Under the pieces are notes generated by a model. That model saw nothing but the letters and a program-made list of their open reading frames with translations. It did no database searches and was not told the origin of the DNA. A stretch of DNA of 48,878 bases, filler included, from Bipalium vagum (Eukaryota), in NCBI GenBank assembly GCA_037834085.1. It is 2 parts of 2 records of this genome, joined end to end, with 100 filler letters (N's around TTAATTAATTAA, not from the genome) between each part and the next. Parts side by side here need not be neighbours in the genome. Positions count along the whole stretch, not along the records: positions 27,857 to 48,878 come from JBBMKC010242941.1; 1 more part is not named here. One strand, written 5' to 3'. This document shows, one piece after another, positions 39,701 through 48,878 of this stretch. The translations under genes were made by a program, and so were the position numbers. Position 1 is the stretch's first letter. Each line of letters opens with the position of its first letter.

Positions 39701-39919
39701 TTAATATATTTTTTACCAAACTTTGTTTATTTATCTGATAAAACCTCCATACAGAAATTAAATTATCGTTACAATTTTATATGACGCCTTCCGAGTTCGG
39801 TTAGAAAATATATATTAGCACAAAAAAAGCAAGTTTTTTTTAAATTGAAAAATCCGATGCTCTTACAATATCAAAGCTTCTTTTGATATATTTAAATATA
39901 TTATAAATTAAAATAAAAT

Positions 39920-40370
39920 AAAATTGGCACATTGTTCCATTGTCCATCATACTGGTCATCTAAATGCGAAAACGTACCAAAAAAATCTGAATTTTGGCAC
40001 ATTCAATTTATTTATCAAGGACGTATAATTTTTCGTTTAAAAAATATTATTCATAAAATACAATTTTTTTATTTTTGAGTTCATTAAAATTCTGCACTAT
40101 TATATTAATTACTGTTTTATTTTAAATGAAAAACTTTATTGATTTGACATACCACCATACTCGCCTCAACTAAACCCAATCGAAGGGTTTTTCAGCAGCT
40201 TTATAAGTCACAAATATCATCCTTTATGAGAACCATTATAGATCGGGATGATTAAAAGAATTGATTACCCAAGCACTCATACACGAAGATATCGATTTAA
40301 GTGTGGTTATTTTCGCAACATGAGGAGGTTTATAGAAAAATCCTTGGCGAGGCAAGAATTTATTTAGTGT
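39920..40370 (+). mobile_element. IS630/Tc1-like transposase C-terminal fragment
   Basis: IPPYSPQLNPIEGFFS at about 40148-40196; ends RHMRRFIEKSLARQEFI*. Confidence 0.7.
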
Positions 40371-40699
40371 ACATTTCTACTCGTGTATTTGTTATGAAAT
40401 ATCTTTTTTCTATATATTTCTGAATATTTTTCTATATAATTCTGCTTAACCCTGTAACTAAATTTTAATTATTGATTCTAAATTTAATAATAATATTATT
40501 ATTATTAAAAATTTTGAGGTATTGTAAAACAAATCATGGTTTTATTATAAAGAAAAATTCCACAGTCTGATTAAACTAATTATAAAAAGCTAAAATCCGA
40601 GTCAAATTATATTATAACCCAATAAATCAATGTTATGTGATCATTAATCAGTTCAAATGTCGATTGTTAATTTGGATCAAGAGCTGCCTTAAGCGTGCC

Positions 40700-41298
40700 C
40701 TGTTCAATCCTGAAACCTCTTAAAGACGCATAATAATTTTAATTGCCAGAAACGTAAAAGAGATTATCAATGGGACTGGAAAGAAATCATGTATTATGAT
40801 TTGATCAAACAAAATAAAACAATCGATTCCAGTAAGTATTGCACACACAGCTCAATAAATTGAAGGCGGCAATCAAAAAAAGAGACCGGAATTGAGCAAT
40901 ATATATGGTGTAATTTTTCAACAAGACAACACGAGACCACATGTTTCCTTACCGATCCGACAAAATATTTTTGCAATTTTTGGCTGCAATCTTTGTTCTC
41001 CACCCACCTTACTCACCAGATCTGGCAGCATAAACATATTTTTATTTATTCCGATCCTTACAGAATTCTCTTTATGGAAAACATTCCAGTTCTTTAGAGG
41101 ATTGTCTAAAGCACATGAGTGAGTTCATAGATCAATGAATATTTCCAGAGAAATCCTGGAAGGAGGGGTTTTCAAATTATCTGGAAAAAGTCAATGATTT
41201 AAACAGTTCACATATTGTTGAGTAAGATTTTTATCAATAATAAAAAATCGATTTTGATTTCTTGTAAAACTACGAAAAGACTTTTTACTCAACCCAAC
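40700..41298 (+). mobile_element. Mariner 3' fragment with right TIR
   Basis: WDWKEIMYYDL; VIFQQDNTRPHVSL; PPYSPDLA; end AAAACTACGAAAAGACTTTTTACTCAACCCAA. Confidence 0.85.
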
Positions 41299-42744
41299 CT
41301 GATACGATAATATAATAATATAAATAATAATAAAATGCATAAAAATAACAATGGCAACAGTAGCAGTCTTGCTAATGACGAACATTTCTCTCACTTTCAT
41401 CACTTGAACAGTGAAAACGTATCGCAGCTTTCAAATTGCCGAAAGCAGTCGTTTGAGCCCTTTCCCAATCCATCCCGAATGAAATCGTTATTTAATTGAT
41501 GTGGCTCTAGAATGGGAAATGAAAGCAAAGCGATCGTTGGGAATTCCTGAGAGATGAAGCGAATACAGAATGGCGCCTTCCCTCTACTTTAAGACGTTAT
41601 CCGTTATCTGCCTGCACATTGATTCACTTATCAATGAATATTGCGTTCTTCGGGGTAAAAAAATTCAGCTCGCAAGAGAAGCAGAAGTCCTCAAGAACCA
41701 CAGTAAACCAACAAAATCGTCTAATTAACGAAAAAGAAAAGGAAATCATTTCCCAATAAAATCGGTTTTTGTCGAAGAGCTGACCCCTGAAACGGACGGT
41801 GAAGAGTAAAATCGGAGTGTTGCCAGGCTCAACAGAAACGACAAAATCGAACTGCTTCATTGCAGAATGTTTTCCTTTGACAATCTTTTCCAGCTCACAT
41901 TCTGCCCAAAGATAATACCAACACAAAAAAAATAATACTAATAAAATAATAATAATAATAATTTCTCATTTATTTAAATTGGAGGAAAAGTAAAACGGAA
42001 TGTTAAGTGCACTGGCAAATTGCTGGTTTCAATTTCCAATTAAAATCCCATCGCAACGCAAGATTATTTCGTCAATCTGGTCTTTCCTCTTTGCCATTCC
42101 ATACTTAAATTTTGATTAGGCAGAATTAAACAGGGGAAATTAAATGAAGATATTTAATGACATTGAATATTATTACCAAACCATCTCTCGGCTCCTTTCC
42201 AGAATTCCCACTTTCATCTCTGTTCCATGCGGGAGAACGGCATTTGCTATTTCATTAGTAAAATGGCCATTTCGATCGCCATGGCGATGTTGCGTTATTT
42301 TTATACATTTATATAATGGAATCAGTTTTTATTTTATTAATTTCATTGATGCCATTAATTTCTTTGCAAAAAAGGCAACTGTAAAGACAGGAAAAATCAA
42401 TTATATATTTATCTTTTCCCGTTAATGGTTCGGTATAAATAATGATGATTATAATAATAACAGTTGGTAACAACATCAGAAACCCTTTGTAAGCCCTGTG
42501 AGATGGGCTTTGGGGTGTCAAGGTTAATCCGTTTCATTTTTAATTAAACCAGAAATTTTAATCATACAAATTTTTTTTATTATCCAACAAAATTGAATAT
42601 TTTTAATTCTTAAATAAAATATAATTACTAAATATTAATAATTTAATAATAATATTAATAATTTAATAATAATAATTTAATAATAATAATAATTTAATCA
42701 TAATAATAATCATAATACCAATCAAAGATATTGATGATATTGAT

Positions 42745-42860
42745 TATGGATTAACGAATTTCTTCGAATCCAAAGATAGTAAATATTCCGAAAATGGTAT
42801 CGACAAGTTTGAAGAACGTTGGAAAGCGATGATTGATAACAATTGTGAATATATAATGAT
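42745..42860 (+). mobile_element. Mariner extreme C-terminal fragment
   Basis: LTNFFESKDSKYSENGIDKFEERWKAMIDNNCEYI. Confidence 0.75.
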
Positions 42861-42959
42861 AAGCTTGACGTTTAGAATAATAAAATAATAGGAATATATT
42901 CTCATTCTTTCAAATTTATTTCCGATGCACCTGATAATAATAATAATAATGAAGCATAC

Positions 42960-43470
42960 ATGGAGCATTCGTCGGAAAAACAAATTAAAAATATCAGTTG
43001 GATATGGTTTGAGTATGGCTTCACAAGCGTTGGTAAAGCGCTCAATATCGTCATGAATAAAAGAATTGATTTTTTGTTTACATTTCATAACTAACCCATT
43101 TTTCATCTCCAGTTATTAATCGTCTCAGAAGGAAATCTCAAAGGCTAATGCTTTGAGTTAAGTTAATTTCATTAAGATTATATGGAGTCCATAATACAAT
43201 TTTTCATATTCCCACAAGGCGATCAGTTTATATTGTTTTTCGGATTTTTTCATGAGAAACATGTAATGCACGGCAAGGACGTGGGGTTCATCTTTCAAAG
43301 AAAATTTGGCACCAATTTTGGCACTACCTAATTTTTTGCATTTGAGTAATATTTTTCCCTTTTTTGAAATAATAAAGCGAAATGTTGCGATACTGAAAAT
43401 TGTCATCTTCCATTCTTTTCAAGTAATTGCAAATAAAAATCTAAGAGATTGATTAAACAACGACAAATAT
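42960..43470 (-). mobile_element. Internally deleted mariner
   Basis: MEDDNFQYRNISLYYFKKGKNITQMQK; CQNW; FSLKDEP; LRRLITGDEKWVSY; HDD and PYS echoes. Confidence 0.8.
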
Positions 43471-43494
43471 ATCAACATATAAGACTGAAAGAAT

Positions 43495-43581
43495 TACAGT
43501 CAATCCCCGTTATAAAGGAGACATTGGTGAACTCGAAAAACATCTTTATAACAGGGTTCCTTATAACGGGGATGTTACGCA
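43495..43581. mobile_element. Miniature pogo/Tigger-like hairpin element
   Basis: TA-CAGTCA start; 13-bp perfect inverted repeat ATCCCCGTTATAA (43503-43515 and 43561-43573) plus an inner TTATAACAGGG copy; related motif at 48496. Confidence 0.6.
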
Positions 43582-43618
43582 ACACTAGAATGAGTACAGA
43601 CTGAGTACCACTGATTAC

Positions 43619-43666
43619 TTCTCCCACTGCTATTTGGTTATTTGATTGATAATTTAAACATAAACA
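43619..43666 (-). CDS. KNL2: KNL2-like gene, candidate exon after SANTA-2 (donor uncertain)
   Basis: ctttcag|CLCLNYQSNNQIAVGE, phase 0 matching the 43864 donor; candidate donors GAA|GTAATC or G|GTACTC. Confidence 0.4.
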
Positions 43667-43863
43667 CTGAAAGTACAAGGTCAAATATCAACATTACGTT
43701 TTAACCCAGCAAATAAATATAATAATATAAATATAATTGGAACATTTAAGTTGATCCGAAAATAATGATTACTTTCAAAATAAAAACACAATTACAAAAG
43801 ATTTTTTTCATTTTAAAGTGAAAGACGTTTGAAATCATTATTTATTTATTGAATCACATTTAC

Positions 43864-44242
43864 GCTATTTTCTTCATCATCAAAGTCCATCAAAAGAACC
43901 AATTCGATAATGGTTATAAACTCCTGCCAATATTGGGGGAACCCGTACAGAAAAAAAAGTATAAACGGTTCTGCAAGCCGACGAAACCGTTCGGCGTTGA
44001 CAATCTGTTCCCACTCCAATTTGCAAACGGGTCCCACTAATTTGACCAGCCCCGCCTTGGTTAAAACGTTTCTACCTCCACGAAACACTTCTACAATATC
44101 CGACGAAAATGGAACGACCATTCCGTCTGGATCATAAACATGTCCGTTTAAAACATAAGCATTGGCAGTTCCACTTTTCTTTCGGGGCACCCACAGAAAT
44201 ACCGGTTGATAATCGTCAATGGCCAACAGATTTCTGTTGAAT
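43864..44242 (-). CDS. KNL2: KNL2/MIS18BP1-like gene, exon encoding the second SANTA domain
   Basis: VFLWVPRKK...YVLNGHV...FSSDIVEVFRGGRNVLTKAGLVKLVGPV...FLYGFPQYWQEF fits SANTA (W...hxG...SSxI...LxTxxGxxxxLxG...FxxGFPxxW). Acceptor aacag|A is phase 2; donor AGC|GTAAAT. Confidence 0.75.
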
Positions 44243-44295
44243 CTGTTCGATTTTAAAATCAAAAAGGATAAAGAAAAAATCTGATAAAAACTAAC

Positions 44296-44327
44296 TTGTT
44301 CTTGGAAATTACGAACGACTGAATATT
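44296..44327 (-). CDS. KNL2: KNL2-like gene, 32-nt mini-exon
   Basis: gcttcag|NIQSFVISKN-AA|GTTAGT; phase 0 in, phase 2 out; 53-nt intron to 44242 restores the frame. Confidence 0.55.
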
Positions 44328-44625
44328 CTGAAGCAAAAAATATAATTAAGCTAAAATATATAATATATTAAGCTATTAATATAATTAATATTCAAAAAAA
44401 GTGAATTCTATGTTTCCTAGCAACAGTGACTTTTTAAGATGTTAGAATGTAAATTTTTGTAATTCGAAACTGATCGAAATATCATTTCAATCAGTCGATC
44501 GATAATTTACAACTGTACACGGGTTGGAGAGAGTCGATAGAGTTTTTCGGTCGAACGCTCCTCTGCACCAGATTTGAAACAAACAAAAAAGAATGTGGTA
44601 GGAAAATATCAAAAAAAGCAATTAC

Positions 44626-44694
44626 CGGAACTAAATTTGAAAATCGATTTTCAATCAAGGCATTGATTATTGTTTCTTTCCACCGCTTGTTTGC
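44626..44694 (-). CDS. KNL2: KNL2-like gene, exon 4
   Basis: caatag|ANKRWKETIINALIENRFSNLVP|GTAATT; 57-nt upstream intron; phase 0/0. Confidence 0.7.
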
Positions 44695-44751
44695 CTATTG
44701 ATTTATAAACGTTTTCAATGAAAATAACAGTGGATTGCATAACTCAAATAC

Positions 44752-44890
44752 CTGGATTTCGGCTGACAATTTCTGGAGGCACCTGATCATATTCAGTTCC
44801 TGCTGTGTTAGGACCTGAATACTGCTCTTGCACATGGGGTTTAAAATTTCCTGAAAGTCTGGATTGAATTCATTTTCAATGTCATCGCAC
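44752..44890 (-). CDS. KNL2: KNL2-like gene, exon 3
   Basis: CTAACTTAG|(R)CDDIENEFNPDFQEILNPMCKSSIQVLTQQELNMIRCLQKLSAEIQ|GTATTT; 51-nt upstream intron; phases fit. Confidence 0.75.
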
Positions 44891-44941
44891 CTAAGTTAGA
44901 TCGTCAATACTTTCGGTCATTTTTAATAATGCCGGTCTCAC

Positions 44942-45323
44942 CTAAAATGTGCACCCTTGATGAAAGTATTTAGATTATGAACTTCAATCAGCCATTCGTG
45001 TTTGAAACCCTCTGAGAAAAATTTTTGACAGAAAGTTTTAATATACTTTATTGCCTCGTTCTCATAGTAAATATCATACATCTCAAACGTTTTGATCGAT
45101 AATTTTCCTTCCAGTGAATACAGCTTTGACGGTGATCTCAAAATTCTACCACATTTCGATACACAGATTATCGGCTCGCTCATAAATTGTTCATTAGTAT
45201 CTAATTTAAATCCAATAACAGCATAATAACCACTGAAATACACTGGAAACCAATCTCGGATTCGAGTAAGACTAATATCATTCGATACCTTTTTACCAAG
45301 TATTTCACCATGAACATCCCATA
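44942..45323 (-). CDS. KNL2: KNL2/MIS18BP1-like gene, exon 2 encoding the first SANTA domain
   Basis: TRIRDWFPVYFSGYYAVIGFK...FMSEPIICVSKCGRILRSPSKLYSLEGKL...KFFSEGFKHEW fits the SANTA consensus. Donor AG|GTGAGA. Confidence 0.75.
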
Positions 45324-45379
45324 CTATTAATAATAGATTGTTAATATTTTGTTTTATTATTATTATTATTTAAAGGTAC

Positions 45380-45413
45380 CTATCACGTTGGATTTATTAA
45401 GATCATATTCCAT
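45380..45413 (-). CDS. KNL2: KNL2-like gene, exon 1
   Basis: ATG at 45413, MEYDLNKSNVI-G|GTACCT; 56-nt intron to taatag|TA keeps the frame. Confidence 0.65.
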
Positions 45414-47554
45414 GTCTTTATCGAAGGAAATTTTTATTGTTAATCCAAATTGATAATTATTAAAACAATTTATATTACTTAAGAGAGGTTAGATATGAAA
45501 TCTATCTTTTAATTGATATTTTAAAACGACACCGTCCAATATTTGTATGTTTAATGAAATTCAAATATAAATATCTCGATTTAATTGTTGCATTTACCGT
45601 TTGTCTTTATTTATAATTTCAATATTCAAAAAATATCAAAAATTTAAACTTATTTAATTTAATTAAAATTTTTCATTAAATAACTTAAAATAATAAAAAT
45701 TTTATTCAAAATTTTCAAAATTAATGATATTTTTATTCAAGGAGACATGCACCAATTTTTTAATACAGAAATTTTTTTTCTAATGTTCAGAATTATATAT
45801 TAAGAAATTAATACATATGATCACAATGAAGGCATTTTGTTCTTTTCTATATAATTTCTAAACAAAATTACAATTTCAAAATAATACATAAAATTAACCT
45901 TGAAATAAATCATTAAAACAACTTATAAATGAAAGTGTAATCTCATTTCAGCCGTTAAGGCTTCTGTGAAATGTGGCTTCAGATTCCATTTTTATAAACT
46001 TTAATAAATTTTTTTCAAAATAAAATTTTAGAACAGCAAAGTTTTTCTAAAATTTTAATAACAAATTTAATATTAAATATTTTCAAAGATTCTATTTACA
46101 TTGATTTAATTTTTTATTATATAATAATTATTTTAATTTCTTTAGAAATCTTATTATTAGCATGTTTTTTATATAAAATATATTTACATAAACCAGATAC
46201 CTGTTATTTTCAAGGTCACCTTTTGTTTATATAAATTAATCATATAATACCCAAATTACCTTATTATTTGTGTATTTTAAAATTAACTTTAAAAATTTTT
46301 AATTTTATAAATGTTAGTTAATTGATTTAAATAGTTAATTTAAACAACGGTTCTTCAGGCACCTCAACTATAAATCCCAAGGACCTATGCAACTAAAATA
46401 TTATAAAATGATAATCATTTTAACGAATACCCAGAAATGGCGACAAAACTAAGCGAAAGAACTGACTTTCTAATATTCAATGCTTAGAAGTAAAATACAG
46501 ACTTATCAAGGTAAACTTAAAGGTTATTTTAATATATTTTTATTTATAACATGATATTGGTATAGTAAAGAATAATTAAGCCGACTACTGGGATCAGGTT
46601 TGTGGCGTTTTGGCATGGCGTTTTCAGGGAGTAAGTGAACCCGAAGAGGACTTGGGGACCATGTTGTTGTTATATCACTGGAAGATTTTATGCTAACAAA
46701 CAAGATGAATATGATGACTCAATTTTATAATTCCTACTAAATAATCTCACCTAAAAAAACAACAGTGTGGTCCTAATCATGTATCACATCATCTATGGAT
46801 TGAAAAATCATTTTTAAAATACATTAACAGAACACTTAATTTAGTTTCTTCTGTTATTTAAAATCTCATGTTATCCTCCTTTACATCTATTATTTATCTT
46901 TTCTGTAGTAATATTTTAATTATCATTACTGTTTTCATTTAAGGTGTTGTCAAAGTACTCATATTTTAAGAAAAGATTTCCCACATTAATTCTTGTTTGC
47001 ATATTTTGGCATTATTACACTTTTACACGTATTCATAAGGCGGAGACGGAACCTCAAGTGATTCATCTAGCGTTTCACACTTGGGTTTTTTAACCATCAT
47101 TGTGAAAATCGTACTTTTATTTACCAAACGTTTCCATGGTAAATTTCTGTATTGACATAAATTTTTTTTCGAACTCTTCAATTTAAAACAAAAACGAAAG
47201 AATGAAACACAAAATATTATTTAACACCTGATATATTATCAACTTTAACAGTCACTGCGGAACTGTTATCTGCTAATCCCGGAAGCTTGCGATCTCTTTG
47301 TCTTATGTATTGGAATTACTACTCATGTTGGAATCGACGCACATTCTTAAAATTCAAAATAATGAAAATGATGAAAATGGAGATAAATTGATGATGAACC
47401 TTGATGTCCCCGTACTTAAAACTAATAAACTATATACTATTATCAAAGTGTTGTCTTTCTTCATTGCCAGCCTTTGTGAATTTTTTATGTATCTTTCGCG
47501 TGACTACATCCATTTTTGTATAATTAGAAAATAATATAATAAAAATAAATATAT

Positions 47555-48460
47555 ATACTGATCAAAAAAATTGGGCAGGTACTCGCATTTATAAATAGAA
47601 CATAAATAGAACATTTTGTTTACGACAATGTTTTATAGTTAATTTATTTATAAAATTTAGAAATCCTTTTTATATTTATTCGAACTAAGAAAAAATATTT
47701 ATTTTTCATCATATATAAAATTCATCAAAGCGGCCCCCTTGATTTTTCATAACAAATCCTTGGCACATGATTGAGCAATTTCCGTAGAATTTCTTGTGTT
47801 ATTGCATCCATTGTACTTTTACTGTCTCCCAAAGACTCTTTGATGAAGATATCTGTTACTACCGAATTTTTCTATCTAATTCATCTCAGAGTAAATCAAT
47901 ATGGTTAAGATTTCGGGATTGAGGAAGCATTTAATTACTTGGAGGATATACTGCTGTTTTAATTCTCCAAAAAGGTTTTGTATATCTTGTTAGTGTGTTT
48001 GTGATTATTGACATGCAAAAAATATATTTCTCTTGAAATAATAGTCTCCTAGATTGCTAAAACATTTTCATTATACATTTTTCTGCAACCAATTTTTTAA
48101 CGAACGTTCAGAGAGGAGAACCGAAAAATTGGAAGTCCAGTTCTGTCTATAGCACCTTTTCCCATTGATAAATGGTTCAATTTCAGTTTTTGATGGCCCA
48201 CCCATCTCAGTCTTTTTGCTTTAATAACTTGTCTTAAAGGCTATTTTGCAGCTACTCGACCGTACAACCATGTACAAGCCAGAACTGTTCAACCTGCGTT
48301 TAATAGTAGATACGATGACATTCACTTCTGAAATTTGTTATATTTTTCATCTAAATTTACCGCTGTTAGACATCGATTTAACAAGCAATTTTTCTTAATT
48401 TTTCTATCTTGTACTCTGTTTTTATTTCGTGGTCTCCCCCAAATTTTTACCATATTTGAA
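47555..48460 (-). mobile_element. Decayed Tc1 (DD34E) transposon
   Basis: GRPR near the N-terminus; LPQSRNLNHIDLL*DELDRKIR (WPxQSPDLNPIELLWDELDR); KGAALMNF end; TACTGATCAAAAAAATTGG terminus. Confidence 0.8.
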
Positions 48461-48719
48461 TAAGAATATTAAGTTATTACCTTGTTTAAGGAACCCCCGT
48501 TATAAGGGACACTTTCCCCTATTTTTTTCTAATTTGATATTTTTTTATTTTCAGTACATTTATTTTGTAAACATTTATTTGTCATAATGTCAAAAAATAT
48601 TTCATAAAAATATTGTTTCCTTTATGTTAATTTTATAAAATGAATAAACGAATCACACTGATCATGAAAGAGAAAATGAAAATGTTCCTTTATCTCAGTT
48701 TACAAGAATTCTCAATTTA

Positions 48720-48878
48720 AAGAAGCAATTATAGATTTTTCAAAAATCTTTAAAAAAACACTCAAGTACGTGGTGCACGACCAGGGAAGAAATTCGTTTC
48801 TATTTAAATGCTGTATATGGTGATCAGTGCCCATCAGATGCAACAATTTACCGATGGTACAACAACTTCAAAGATGGC
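48720..48878 (+). mobile_element. Mariner transposase N-terminal HTH, truncated by the window end
   Basis: TREEIRFYLNAVYGDQCPSDATIYRWYNNFKDG. Confidence 0.8.

Noticed and set aside
42178-42300. RHGDR histidine-phosphatase motif on the minus strand
   Set aside because: Lacks the following Pro and downstream motifs, the frame is bounded by stops, and the codons coincide with the palindrome chain.
43158-43406. Possible third SANTA domain or further KNL2 exon
   Set aside because: Other frames read as a mariner N-terminus (LYYFKKGKN, FSLKDEP, ITGDEKW).
1-48878. Prokaryotic systems (CRISPR, operons, retrons), tRNA/rRNA genes, alternative genetic code
   Set aside because: None seen. Genes splice with GT-AG introns under the standard code, and stops in transposases come with frameshifts, indicating decay rather than recoding.

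Overview
AT-rich metazoan (intron-containing) genomic DNA, not prokaryotic. Most of the window is a graveyard of decayed DNA transposons (about 25 relics: mariner, Tc1 DD34E, DD37E, rosa/Tc3-like, pogo, hAT/Buster, piggyBac) plus non-LTR retrotransposon fragments, AAT microsatellites and two assembly gaps. Three host genes can be spliced by hand from GT-AG signals with consistent phases. (1) A ~18-kb FRS2-like FGFR adaptor gene on + (4 exons, about 342 aa) with an MGxxxS myristoylation start, an IRS-type PTB domain carrying two large insertions, and Grb2-type YxN and SHP2-type tyrosine motifs. (2) A small secreted neuropeptide precursor on - (28557-28835, 48-nt intron) predicted to release an unusual amidated octapeptide, APYVPFHF-NH2. 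(3) A KNL2/MIS18BP1-like centromere gene on - (45413 to about 43620) with two tandem SANTA domains and no recognisable Myb/CENPC-k module in the part I could model. The window also opens with the His/Asn-rich last exon of an unidentified gene. All homology calls come from motif recognition by eye; no searches were run.
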